Positions 13,092 through 25,885 of a stretch of DNA of 64,000 nucleotides are shown one piece after another (position 1 is the first letter of the stretch; every line of letters starts with the position of its first letter). The notes beneath the pieces are model-generated. The model did no database searches. It saw nothing but the letters and a program-made list of their open reading frames with translations, and was not told the origin of the DNA. Position numbers and translations under genes: made by a program. Source of the stretch: Octopus vulgaris (Eukaryota); assembly GCA_951406725.2 (NCBI GenBank), contig OX597818.1, positions 22,692,001 to 22,756,000 of the forward strand, written 5' to 3'.

Positions 13092-13665
13092 TTGGGTTGT
13101 CCAGAAAGTTCGTACCGATTTATAGTAGCTTACCTTTCGACTTATTTTAGAACATGGTTGAGTTCATAAAATAGGATTTGACTACACCTCCATTTAGAGC
13201 ACAGTTTAAGCCAACTTTTCGTGGAAGAAGGTTTATGTCCCTATAACCTGTGTTAATTCTGTAACCCTTTAAAATGGAAGATAAGAAAATTCATTTCCGA
13301 CACTTGATGCTTTGGGAACCAGACAAAAATTGCTGCAGCTCGGCTGGGATGTGTTACTCCACCCTCCATATTCACCAGATATTGCTCCTTCGAATTTCCA
13401 CTTATTCAGGTCTCTGAATGGAAAAAATTAGTCTTAATGGAAAAAAATTTCAATTCTTTGGATGACGTAAAAAGATACCTTGATGACTTCTTTGCCATGA
13501 AACAACCTCAATTCTGTGAAGAGGGTATTTTCAAGTTAAAGGAAAGATGGAAACGTATTGTGCAACAAAATGGTTCATATTTGATTGATTAAAAATGTAA
13601 TGGCAAGTCTTTATTGACCTTTTTCTTTCCTTCAAAAATCGGCACGAACTTTCCAGATAACCCAA
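13092..13665 (+). mobile_element. Internally deleted mariner transposon
   Basis: TIRs ttgggttgtccagaaagttcgtaccgattt / aaatcggcacgaactttccagataacccaa; TA TSD; encodes LGWDVLLHPPYSPDIAPSNFHLFRSL and EEGIFKLKERWKRIVQQNGSY. Confidence 0.93.
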
Positions 13666-13924
13666 TATCATTCTTCGTAACTTCTAAATTCATACAAATT
13701 TAGTTTACTTTTCTATGTTTTAAGTACTACAATCTACTTATTAGTATCATGTTTCGTGTTTTATATTTGGTTGGCAAAACTTTTAATGTGAACTCATGTG
13801 TTGAAAGAGATTCTGTTGTATCTCGGGAGGGTCATTATGTCAATAAAACACACAGACACACACACACACACACATTGGTTCCATTTCACTTCTTTCATTA
13901 TCGTTAGTCAATGACAAAGCAACG

Positions 13925-14132
13925 TACTGGCAGAATCGTTAGCACGCTGGGCGAAATACTTAACTGTGTTTCCGTCCGGCCTTACGTTCCGAGTTCAAAT
14001 TTCGCCGAGGTCAACTTTGTCTTTCATCCTTTCGGGGTCGATGAAATAAGTACCACTTGAACACTGCGGTCAATGTCATCGACATTACTCGTACCCCAAA
14101 ATTGCTGGCCTTGTGCCAAAATCTGAATCCAT
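13925..14132 (+). mobile_element. SINE family B, alternative tail
   Basis: Same head and core as 3297, tail ccccaaaattgctggccttgtgccaaaatctgaa. Confidence 0.85.
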
Positions 14133-14889
14133 TGTTAGTCAATGACTGAACTATTAATTAAACAATCAACTAGATAATTGATTCAAATGGTTAATTTGTT
14201 GATTAATAATAATAAAAGAAGCGAAACAGAACCAGTGCGTATGTTTATTTTTGGCATACTGACCCTCTCTAAATGCAACAAAAACTTCAATTATGTTCCA
14301 TATGAATATTATTATAAATACTTTAATTTCTAAGGTGAATAACCTACCTCTTTTGATATTTCACTTGCATTATACCTCATAATAATTATTATAAATTCAT
14401 AGAGTTCCTGAACATTTTTTAAAATTCTTCATGTTTCAACACTACTATTTGTCTTCGGGATTTTATTTGGCTCTATAGTTTATACATATATAACTACATG
14501 CGTTCACGCGTACATACATGCACACATCCACCCGCATACACACACACGCACACACACACACACACACGTACGGACACATAGACATGTATATGCATATACT
14601 AATACGTTTGCGCGTATGTATATTTGTGTGTGAATATACACATATATACTCATATGCATATATTTATATACATAGTACATATAAATACACATATATACAA
14701 TTTTACTTATACACACATACATACAACCATATGTATATATATACCCACATTCTTCGAGATACAATTATATATCCATGTACATATATATACACCCCTATAT
14801 ACATCGATAGGTCCCTCTCTCTCTCTCTCTTTCTCTCTCTCCCTCGGCCTTTATATATATATATGTGTGTATGTATGTATGCGTGTGTA

Positions 14890-14922
<33 letters not shown>

Positions 14923-15076
14923 ACCTTAACATACAACAGAAACCCAGATGTTTTAGTTAAATCAAATCCAGATGTGAAATGGTAAGAAACTATTCCAAAT
15001 CTCTTTACATAGACTTCAGACTTGATTGCTTAACTGTAGTGGTGATGGTGGTGGAGGTGGTGACGGTTGTGGTGGT

Positions 15077-15107
<31 letters not shown>

Positions 15108-15184
15108 AAGGTAGGGGTGGTGGGGTGGTGGAGATGACGGTGTGGTGTTAACTCAGAGGTATCGTGATGACGGAGATGATGGTG

Positions 15185-15360
15185 TGTTTTGACCCAGATC
15201 AGCTCCCATCGAGCGGAACTATGATCAAAGGCTCTCCAGCTGTGACCATCCAGTCTGTTTTTTAGGGTGTGTGTAGGAATACGCTACCTAGTACTTCCTG
15301 GCCTCATTTAAGTTGCCTCGAGAAGATTTAGCTGTTGTTTCTGCAGTTCGTGTGACCACT
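15185..15360 (-). repeat. Old interspersed repeat family
   Basis: Related pieces at 7200-7270, 7405-7480, 23945-24020, 41590-41640, 43830-43870 and 52340-52550 share cctgctagaaatagcagccaaatct or ggtca.ggctggaa.gcctttgatcat. Confidence 0.55.
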
Positions 15361-15539
15361 TTGAATGTTGTTGGTCCGTTGTGCAGTGTTGATGAATGGT
15401 GATTTCTTGGTCCTATAATCGTAGTTCAGTGTTATGTAATGGTATTGGCCAGTTTGTCTTAAGGCACTGGCACATTGGACAGTTGTTCAGGGGCTCCAAA
15501 GTTTTAACGTCGCAATACTAATCTTTGTAGGTATGGTGT

Positions 15540-15869
15540 TATTGTACATTATTTTCATTTTTTACATTATTTACATTATTTACATTCGACGGATATTTTT
15601 CCTCATCTTGTTTGTTGTTAACATAACGTTTCGGCTGATATACCCTCCAGCCTTCTTCAGGTGTCTTGGAGAAATTTCGAACCTGGGTTCTCATTCCTTA
15701 GGTATTCTTCGATGTTGTTATTATTATTATAATAATTATTATTGAAGAAGGCTGGAGAGTATATCAGCCGAAACGTTGTGTTAACAACAAACAAAATGAG
15801 GACAAATACCCGTCGAATGTAAATAATGTAAATAATGTACATAATTCCTCATCTCTTAAATATAGAACT
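15540..15869. mobile_element. Penelope-like terminal-repeat remnant: inverted pair of hammerhead-bearing units with TSD
   Basis: ~15565-15659 is inverted at 15743-15840; direct repeat GTATGGTGT at 15531-15539 and 15870-15878. Confidence 0.75.
15620..15665 (-). ncRNA. Minimal type I hammerhead ribozyme motif
   Basis: GACAC-CTGAAGA-a-GGCTG-gagggtatat-CAGCC-GAAA-CG-TT-ATGTT; the inverted copy reads GTGTT, which fully pairs GACAC. Confidence 0.72.
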
Positions 15870-16299
15870 GTATGGTGTGATTGTGTATGAAAGAAACTCA
15901 ATGTACTGCTTTGTCTGTTGGTGATAGTGATGGTGCGACACTTGCTGTTCGATGTAAGTCATCCTTATATCTTTAAGAATGACTGATGACTTGAACAATG
16001 ATTTTGTTTAAAGGGAAAAAAAGTTGAGCACTGTGAACCTCACTCTCTCGTCCGTAACCATCTTCAGTCCAGTCAAAAGATCAAATCAAGACAACTGAGG
16101 ATGGAGACAGATGCAGTGGATGACCAACATGTCTTATTTGCCTCGTCTTGTTCTCTGCGCTTTACAATGAGTTGCTATCGCTGCCTTCTCCTCCATTAAA
16201 CCATGAAATCTTTTTCCACAGGATCCACTGGATCCAGTCTTCACTTGCATATGCAGGCAAGCTCTAATATCCTAATTAACCCATTGCTGTGACTGACTG

Positions 16300-16430
16300 A
16301 TATTACCACTCCGGGTCAGAGTAGACCCAGAACAACAGTGTTTAAGAAGTGACTCCACATTCCTTAAAACTCTGGGACCCCAGAACAGGGCCTCAACACC
16401 GGATGCAGTTTACAGTCATACCCAGGACAT
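16300..16430 (-). repeat. Interspersed repeat fragment, retroelement UTR- or SINE-like
   Basis: Minus strand gtcctgggtatgactgtaaactgcatccggtg...gaatgtggagtcac...ctctgacccggagtggta; single copy here, family not assigned. Confidence 0.4.
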
Positions 16431-16785
16431 GAGGACCCATAATACAGTCAAGACAGTCTTGATGGTCAATGGTCAATGTTGATATGATACTTAAGCCTTT
16501 CGTTCCCAATGAAACATGAGCTATTGACCACTGTTCTCCTCTGTTCTCGATTCTGGGCTATCGTCGAGGGAAGGCCTTTCTCTCCCAGATTTTAAATTGT
16601 CTTCGATACCTCTGTAACTTTGCTTCTTCCTAGGTGGGGATGTTGGCTCTAGGCAAACTCATTTTTTTTTACCTCTAGGAATAGGTAGTCCGTATTAGTT
16701 TGGCTTCTGTTCTTTGACCTGTCCAGCATGAGCGGCAACATTTTCAGTCTCATTAAGGCACAATGGTGTTCTAGTCGTTGCTTAA

Positions 16786-16892
16786 GTAGTAGTAATGTTA
16801 GTAGTAGTAGTAGTAGTAGTAGTAGTAGCAGCAGCAGCAGTAGTAGCAGCAGCAGCAGCAGTAGTAGCAGTAGTAATAGTAGTAGTAGTAGT

Positions 16893-16960
<68 letters not shown>

Positions 16961-16970
16961 CAGTAGTAGT
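16786..16970. repeat. (AGT/AGC)n compound microsatellite
   Basis: Read directly; source of the spurious poly-Ser ORF. Confidence 0.95.
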
Positions 16971-17386
16971 TATTGCTTAGCCTTATTTCAGCCTTGTTCA
17001 ACCTAGAAAAATGATCCAAACGTTGAGCATTCCACCTATATTAAATGTGTGCGCGCGCACGTGTGTGTGCGCGCACGTATGCGTGTGCATAACGTAAAAG
17101 AATTGGAATTTTGAATCCGAGCAAGTACCTTACAAGTACTCCGACATAATCCAGGTTCTAGCTAACCACATCGAATGATATGGAACACATGAAATTGCTT
17201 AAGGTAAACATTTCCCTCGAAAGGTAAATCCTGAGTTCGCTTCCTTGGATTTTATACATTACACAGAATGCATATTCAAGACATTATAAAAAAGAATGGA
17301 AAATTATACATCCTCAAAAGATACTGTTTATTACAGTATCATACATCACGTTAAAATTAACGTGGGTTCTATTCTTTTTTGTCTTG

Positions 17387-17432
<46 letters not shown>

Positions 17433-17486
17433 TGCATGTATGTATGTATGTATGTATGTATGTATGTATGTATGTATGTATGTATA

Positions 17487-17845
17487 TCTCTCTATATATA
17501 AACGGCAAAATGTGTGTGTGTCCTTTATTCAAATCCACAATTTTTCCGTTAGAGGGCTCACACTTTCTATGGTCTTTCAAAACCATCCAAGGGTGGCCGT
17601 GCACATCTTTACATTTCCCCAGTCACCCCGCAAAGCCATTAAAACATCAATAGAAGTGACTTTTTTGTGAATTTTCTATCCAAAACCCAATCAAAATGCC
17701 CGAAACTTGATACGCCAATTGAATGCCAGCTAGCTGCATGTGATTGCTCGGAGATTTGGAAAGTACTCGCGTGTATGTGCGCACGCACGCAGCTGTATAT
17801 GCATGCACTAGCACTATGACCCGGCGTTGCCGGGTCATAGTGCTA

Positions 17846-17846
<1 letters not shown>
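17487..17846 (+). mobile_element. Non-autonomous Helitron
   Basis: 5' TC(TC)TCTATATATAAA start after an A, 3' GC-rich hairpin and CTAG end, no TIR or TSD. Confidence 0.8.
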
Positions 17847-17891
<45 letters not shown>

Positions 17892-17993
17892 ATAAAAATG
17901 GTAAGACAACAAAAGAATGAAAGAGACCTCGATATTATGTAAATAGAGGAATTTATCTGTAAATATAATATGTGACAGTTATTCGGTAGCCAT

Positions 17994-18054
17994 GATAAAG
18001 GTCCGAGTTTCGGATGCCGAGGTGGAAATCCACGCCGCCATCTCTTCAGTTATC
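17994..18054 (-). ncRNA. Hammerhead-like motif, paralog of 2574-2634
   Basis: GATAA-CTGAAGA-GATG..GTGGA.TTCCAC..CATC-C-GAAA-CTCGGACCT-TTATC; cleavage triplet altered. Confidence 0.5.
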
Positions 18055-18990
18055 TGGCCATCGGAAAAATACTATGGAAAATGACCGTTATACAAAGGGA
18101 AATTACTGTGTGATTGACCGTTATTAAGACAAAAGAGCTATTTGAATGCCCGCTAAGTGAGGGGAAGGAGTAAAAGTAAGGGGGTAAAAAAGTTCATAGT
18201 ATTCGCGTAAGCGCGCATGTTCATACCTACACATGCGCGCCCGCACACCCACGTGCATGCGCCTAAAAGTATACATTCATCCACCCTCACATGAAACGTA
18301 CACATCCTCACCCGCACCATTCGCCAAATATATATATATATATATACACCCTCCCCCCACACACACGCACCATAAAGGTTTATACACACGTCTATATACG
18401 CACAAGCACAAGAAAAAAACAGGGCTAAGGGTGACAATACAGAAAAAAGGTGTAAGGGAGTATACAAAGAGTAAACCCCGTCTGTATACGCACATGCCCG
18501 TATGCACGCACACACACATACCTATATACGCACATACCTGCACACGTCTGCGTGTGTGTGTGCGTATATAGACGTGTGCGGGTATGAACTGTTCCCCACT
18601 CGAGGGTGTTTCGGAACAAGTTGTCCATATTTGTTACATTATCTGTTTTGTGCGTTTGTACACCCGTAGATTTCTACTGAAGTAACAGGCAATGAAAGCA
18701 AATGAAGCCCTCAACAAAAAACTCATGCTAAAAATAACAGCTAAATGTCTGGTATACAGATATATGGTATTAAGACGACTTATCTGTTGCATACGTTTTT
18801 TTTGTTTTTTTTCACTTTAAGTAAATTCACAGGTAAACGGTTCTAATAGAAAAGCAGAAGACATCAGGAACAGAAATAAAGAATATACACGCACAATAAA
18901 ATATAGAAGTGTAAAGTATAATTTGTTTCATAATCTCTATAATAAACATGATATTGAATGGAATAATTCCCCATTTGAACTTTTTTTCTA

Positions 18991-19029
<39 letters not shown>

Positions 19030-19101
19030 TGTATGCGCGTGTGTGTGTGTGTGCTTGTATGCGTGTGTGTGTGCTTGTATGCGTGTGTGTGTGTGCTTGT
19101 A

Positions 19102-19149
<48 letters not shown>

Positions 19150-19151
<2 letters not shown>

Positions 19152-21230
19152 GACACTCAGAATATGAGATGGCGTGCAAAAGTTTCAAATCACCTAAACA
19201 AACAAATTGAAAGCAGCGAAAAATCTCGCCTGAAGGTACAACTGCTGGAGATTAAAAAAATTCTGCAACTCTCCCATGAAAAAGAAAGAGCAGACAAAGA
19301 AACCTGGGCTATAGACAGTATAAAATCTAATCTGCCAAAGAAACAGCTTCACTGCACTGCAGGGTGGGGCCACTCCTCTAAAAAGATGGTTCACTCACAG
19401 GAAACCAAATGAAGATATGTGAAATACTAAATCAGCAATTCAAAAGTGTTTTCACTCAACCCCTACGACACTTGCAAGTTAGCAATCCAGCTGACTTTTT
19501 CGCCACTGCAGATATGAAAACAGGCAGTGATGATTGTTTACATCAATATAAAAGATGACGATGTAATAAGGGCTATAGGAACCCGAACTCATTTACTAGC
19601 CCTGATGGATTCCCAGCAATCCTTCTAAAATCATGTAAACGAGTCCTAGCGAGACCACTGCAGTCTCTCTTCCAGAGCTTGCTTGCAACTGGCAAACTTC
19701 CAAGCAACTGAAGGAAGGTAAAATATGCCCCATTCATAAAGAAGGTAGCAGAGCAGAGGCCAAAAACTACAGATCTATCTCTCTTACCTCGCACATCATC
19801 AAAGTCATGGAACGAATAGTTAGAAGCAAACTAATCACCTTCCTTGAAGCAAATGACATGCTGACTGACACCCAACATGGTTTCCGACCACGAAGAAGTT
19901 ACCCGACTCAGCTCTTACAACATTATGACTGGGTGTTGAAACAGCTGCTCAACCACTCAAATGTGGATATGATATATCTCAACATTGCAAAGGCTTCGAT
20001 AAAGACGATCATGGAATGATATGTCACAAACTGCGTGATCTCGACATAGTTGGAAAATTTGGAGAATGGCTTTATGACTTTCTGAAAGATAGATGTCAAG
20101 CAGTAGTAGTCAATGGGGCCACCTCCAATGAGACGCAAATAGAGAGCGGTGTTCCGCAAGACACTGTTTTGGGACCACTGCTGTTCATAATGCCCCTTTC
20201 AGATATGCCCTCAGCCACACAGAGCCACAATCACAAGTTATGCAGATGATACAAAAGTCTCACAGGTGACACAGAACCCTGAAGACACTATGCATCTGCA
20301 ATGTGAGTTAGATAAAATATACAAGTGGGCTAAGAAGAATAACACGCAGTTTAATGCTGAAAAGTTTCGAGCCCTATTCTATGAGCATGCAAACTAAATT
20401 CAGTATCAGTTAAATACACTGGACCTACAGGAATTGCAATCCCAGAGACACTGTCAGTGCGAGAGCTGGGCATTTACATGAGTAATGATGCATCCTCCAT
20501 GCGCATGTTGCTAAGTTGGCAATGAAATGCTGGCGGCTGACCAGATGGGTTCTTAGAATTTTTAAAACGGGAGATCAGGAAACCATGGTGATCCTCTGAA
20601 GGACATTTGTCCTAAGGCGCTTTGACTATTGCTCCCAGCTATGTTCACCAACCAGTGTAAAATTAATTGCAGAACTTAAGGCAATCCAACGAAGTTACAC
20701 GAAGATAGCCTTTATGCAGCATATTGGCTACTGGGAAAGACTCAAGAGATTGAGACTCAATTCCATAGAGCGTAGGCAGGAAATATATGCCATAATATAC
20801 ATCTTAAAGATCCTGGAGGGACCCATCCCAAACTTTGGCATTGCGAATTACACTAACACTAGAACGGGGCGCCACTGCATAGTGCCAAAGACTCCAACTT
20901 TGCCATCAAAATATAGTACATGATATTGCAACAGCCTGGGTTTTAAAGGCCCACAGCACTTCAGTATCCTCCCGAAGGACCTGAGAGACCTGCACGGGGT
21001 GGATGTGTTTTCAAAATGAATCTAGATCCCTTACTATCAAGTGTCCCAGATGAACCAACTTCACAGCAGGAAGTGTAAATGAGGGCAGCGGCGTCAAACT
21101 CCCTCATGCACCAAATGTCAAGTTCTAAAAAGAATTAGCGAAGTAAAAATTATGTAGCGACATCAAATGGCGGTGCCCCAGCATGGCCACAGCTCGTGAA
21201 CTGAAACTAGTTCAATTTAACTTAATTCAA
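19150..21230 (+). pseudogene. 5'-truncated CR1/L2-group LINE reverse transcriptase pseudogene with 3' UTR
   Basis: NYRSISLTS, QHGFRPRRS, SGVPQDTVLGPLLFI, YADDT (20239-20253), LRLNSIERR; many stops and frameshifts. Confidence 0.93.
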
Positions 21231-21239
21231 TGTAAAAAC

Positions 21240-23017
21240 AAAAGACGTAAAAATTTAAACTTAAGACTTAATTGTGTTCTTATCTACGATGCTTGATTCT
21301 TTTTGCAGGTATCATGAATTCAAAAATCTATTTTCGTCTATTCTACTGTTAAGTAGGCTGTTAATATCTTTTTCTGCTGAAAATATGTGCTTTAAACCTG
21401 TAGGTCAAACCTTTGAACTGAGAATCTTAAGTTCATTGATTAATTCAAAGTACTTTTTAAAATCAGCTTTATTAACTTGTTCTTCATCAGTTGTCTACCC
21501 TTCCATATCATTATTTAGAGATTTGGAATTTATCATTTGACTTGTAAACATTCTGTTTCTCTAGTTTCATAATTTTGTTGTTCAGTAAAAGTAACAGTAT
21601 CATATTTTAATTCCTTGAGTTCCTTAAGTGCGTATTGCAGCTCGTATTCCTCATTTTCTGAAGTCAATCCAACTTATGTTTTTTCAAGCGAATCTTCACT
21701 CATTGAATTCTGTATTTGTAGACCTGAATTTTTCCAGCAATTTACAATTGTCTCTTTTACAACCGAATCCCATGCCTGGACTGACCAAAAAATACCATCT
21801 AAAAATGATGTTCCTTTTGAATTGATTCTTTCACGTCTTTCTTTATTAACCAAATTTTTAATAAAAATCGTATTGTAGTTGCACTTGAATGACCAAATTA
21901 TCCCTTGATCTAAAGGTCGTAAATTTGCAGTCGTGTTTCCGGGGTAGAAGAAAAAGTTCTATATTTCAAAAGCTTTGTGTTTGTGATGTACTGCATTATC
22001 AATGAGCAATATTTTTCTCTGTTGTTTAAAAAATTCGTAATTGATTTCTTTTAGGTAAAATGAAAATCTGTTTTCCGTCATCCATGCTGTATTGTTCGTT
22101 TTTATAATAAAATTCCTGTTCCGAAATGTCAATATTCTTGAAACAACGAGGTTTAAGACTTTTTCCAATGAAAAGGTGTTTAAACTTCTCATCAGTTGCA
22201 CTACATGTCAATAATACTGTAATTCACTCTTTTGATTCCTTTAATTTTGTATTATCATCATTAGGAAAAGCATAACTCTTAGTCGGCAATTTTTTGTAGA
22301 ACAATGCAGTTTCATCTGTGTTAAAGATATTTTCTGCATTATATTCAAGAGGTTTCTCTTTAAATTTATCACGAAATTCATCTATTTCATTTTCAGACAC
22401 GTCAACTTTAGTACCCGTTTGAGTTTTAAATTTAACATTATTTCTTCTTCAAAAAAAAAAAAAAAAAAAAAGAATTTAACCACCCATTACTGGCCTTAAA
22501 CTCCTTTTCATCGTTCTCTTTCGCAATTTCCAGAGCGTTTTGTTTGATGATATGTCTATCTATTAGGAATTTTAGCGATCTAATATTTTGAAGTTCTTCA
22601 ATAAGTGATTCATCTACCTTGGTCTTAATTGGCTGTAGTATTTCTCGATTGAAGCATATCATTATAAGTACATATGTTTTTTCTAATTTTTTAAAGTTCG
22701 GATATTGTTGGTTTTGGTATGTTTCTCTGTTTCATTACAAATGAAGCTTTGTATTTCTTCAAATCATCAAACATTTCCTTTTTAGTTTTATTAGAATATG
22801 CGTTCCGCTTATGTTCTTCCGCCATGTGATTGTATATTATTTTGTTTGTAATTTTCAAAATGAAAAATATAATTTGTTAAGAATTTCCAAGTAAACTTTA
22901 AAAGATTTTGGAATACTAATAATGCTGTAAAAATAAGAACAAAAATATGAAGAATAGTCGTTTTGGAAGCCTCAACAATGCAGATGGGTAAATCTCCGAG
23001 TAACAAAATACAGTGGT

Positions 23018-23083
<66 letters not shown>

Positions 23084-23350
23084 AGAGATAAGAAGAAGCG
23101 TAGAAACGTGGAAGCGTAGAAACGCAGAAGGCGTAAAATCTCGTCTCACTTCTCTCGGATCGATTATTAATCCAAAGTGCTTCCTTGATCCTTAAAGTGT
23201 CAGTGTTTTCTTTGTAGACGATAAGAAAATAACAAAAACAAAAATATATTTATTTAATGAAAATCTGCAAATAGCGAACTTTTCTTTAGAGTTCGTTATA
23301 CAGAGAGAAAATTCGTTATTGACAGAGTTCGTTATTTACAGGTTAGACTG
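21240..23350 (-). mobile_element. Tigger/pogo-like DNA transposon remnant (CENP-B-type HTH plus DDE)
   Basis: ATG at 22825; FKASNGWLNSF, IFNTDETALFYKKLP, FIGKSLKPRCFK, KILLLIDNA, PGNTTANLRPLDQGII; 5' end CAGTCTAACCTG at 23350 next to TA, with three ttcgttat subterminal repeats. Confidence 0.88.
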
Positions 23351-23420
23351 TATTATACAATGTCTGACGATATTAAAGCAATATGCTGTGAGTGAAGCGT
23401 CGGTGTGCATTAATTTTAGT

Positions 23421-23838
23421 AAGGCGGAGAGCTGGCAGAATCGTTAGCACGCCGGGCGAAATACATAGCAGTATTTCGTCTGCCGTTACGTTCTGAGTTG
23501 AAATTCCGCCGAGGTCGACTTTGCCTTTCATCCTTTCGGGGTCGATTAAATAAGTACCAGTTACGCACTGGGGTCGATATAATCGACTTAATCCATTTTT
23601 CTGTCCTTGTTTGTCATCTCTGTGTTTAGCCCCTTGTGGGTAGTAAAGAAATAAGTATTTCGTCTGCCGCTATGTTCTGAGTTCAAATTCCGCCGAGGTC
23701 GACTTTGCCTTTCATCCTTTCGGGGTCGATTAGATAAGTACCAGTTACGCACTGGGGTCGATGTAATCGACTTAATCCGTTTGTCTGTTTTTGTTTCCTC
23801 TCTGTGTTTAGCCCCTTGTGGGTAGTAAAGAAATAGGT
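23421..23838 (+). mobile_element. SINE family B dimer with 15-bp TSD
   Basis: Body repeated from gtatttcgtctgccg; TSD tgcattaattttagt on both sides. Confidence 0.92.
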
Positions 23839-24059
23839 ATGCATTAATTTTAGTGCAATAATTTTGGGATGATTTAAGCAGATGCTCAGTGCCTTTACAA
23901 TGTCAGAAATGTTAGCATTCGTGTTTACATGGTCGTGTTTTGTTGTTGTTTAACCCAGAGACAGCCTGATTGAGCAGATTTTAAATCCAAGGTGTCTTAG
24001 TCGGGTCTAACTTGTTTTTCTTTTAAACAACATAAACCAACATCTGGTCAACAGACGTG

Positions 24060-24420
24060 CTGTCTCCTCGTCTACAATTTTTAATACTGCTACTGTGGCT
24101 TCTGCGCTTCGGACCCAGTTAATCTCGTGCCACCTTCATTTAGGTACCACTTCCAATTTACCTCTCTTTCTCTCATCATCTATATTGTACCCATTTTCCC
24201 GTCCCAAACTCTACATAAGCCACTGCGCCTAGTTGTATCCACCTCGACCGCCTGCATAGGCCCAAGAGAATTCCTTCGCCTTCCATCAGCACATGCTTTT
24301 CTTACAGTCGTTGACTTGAAACTGTTTAAGAGGAACTTGAACGCCAACGACCTCACAGGCTTTCGAGGGCATGCGAAGAGCATGGGCACAGCCTCTTACG
24401 ACAGACCAAAGAAACAAATA
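24060..24420 (+). mobile_element. Possible L2/Jockey-group LINE 3' remnant
   Basis: ...LPSAHAFLTVVDLKLFKRNLN resembles the LP..VF....L..FK..N C-terminus of these LINEs. Confidence 0.4.
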
Positions 24421-24989
24421 AAACGAACGCGGGGCTATATTATCCAATGTGTCCTTCGTTTTCCCTGAAGGCAAGATGTAATTTTTGAGAAGATTTTTTT
24501 TGCTGCTATTTTTAGTAGATAACGCGACTGCAAAGAGGTCTACGCATTGCATTGTGTGTATCGCAACAGCAATCGCGGCACAGGGCGTCGTGCATGTTTA
24601 CCTTTTGTGACTAAACTAATTCCAGGTGATATAGTGTATTTCATATGAATGTATCGAATGACAATCATTAATACATTAAACGTGTATGTTTGCGCGCGCA
24701 CGCGCATGCATGCTCGTGCATGAGCGCATGTTAATACATCAGTATAAACAATATAAATGCCACTATCATGCATACACGATAGCATTTATGCTTGCTTACA
24801 TGTTTGTTTACATATATTTATTTACAACCGTGGTATGTACAACCAACTAGTTTTTATTCTTATGAATATGTGTGCGTTTATACATATTTGGAATATGTAC
24901 ATACACATACACTCGTACATATATGAATACATCCACATGCATCCACATACATTCATTCATATATACATACCTACATACATAGAATATCC

Positions 24990-25500
24990 CTCTGTTATAG
25001 AACACATTCATCAACACCAACTCAAGGAATACTGGTGGAATATTCCCATCATAAATGCTGCCAAATGTAAACATAAAAGGCCGGATATTGTTGTTTGGGA
25101 CAGAGGGGCAAAGGTATGTATTGTCATAGATGTCAGCTGCCCTGCAGATACAAATATCTCTTTAAAAATCAAAGAAAGGACAACCTCTTCGAAACCTCCA
25201 GCTTCTATATCCAGACTATGAATTCATATTCATACCAATAATAATTGCAGCACTAGGTTTTGTTAGTAAATGCTTAAAGGAAAATCTAGATAAACTGGGA
25301 TTTTCAGAAAGAGAAATCGACCGGCTAATTCGTACATTACAAGTACAATCTGTGAGTGGAAGAGTAAAAATATGCAAGACTTTTCTCAAGTTCCAAATGT
25401 GAATTTGTGCTAACTACATCCCAAAGATGGATCCTTGTATCTTTATTGGAAACCGGCCCCCTCGTCAGTGGAAGATTTATAATAATTAAAAAATAGAAGA
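24990..25500 (+). pseudogene. R4/Dong-like non-LTR element 3' end (restriction-like endonuclease domain)
   Basis: KHKRPDIVVWDR..KVCIVIDVSCPADTNI then LQLLYPDYEFIFIPIIIAALG...ICKTFLKFQM*; short 3' UTR followed by (TACA)n. Confidence 0.85.
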
Positions 25501-25678
25501 GATACATACATACATACATACATACATACATACATACATACATACATACATACATACATAAATACATACACACATACATACATAAATACATACACATATA
25601 CATACATACATGCATACACATATACATACATACATACATACATGCATACATACACACATACACACATACATACACACA

Positions 25679-25712
<34 letters not shown>

Positions 25713-25730
25713 CATACACACATACATACA

Positions 25731-25885
25731 GGAGCTTGCAAATCCACTACACAAGATACACTTTCAGTTTCATACCCATTATCATTGGAGCAACAGGATA
25801 CATACCAACCCATGACTGAACTTGGAATCTAGGGGAGAGAATGTAAATCCTTAATTCGTACGCTACAAATGATCACGATATCTAG
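25731..25885 (+). pseudogene. Second related RLE-LINE fragment
   Basis: SLQIHYTRYTFSFIPIIIGATGYIP...KSLIRTLQMITIS parallels the translation of 25197-25360. Confidence 0.7.
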
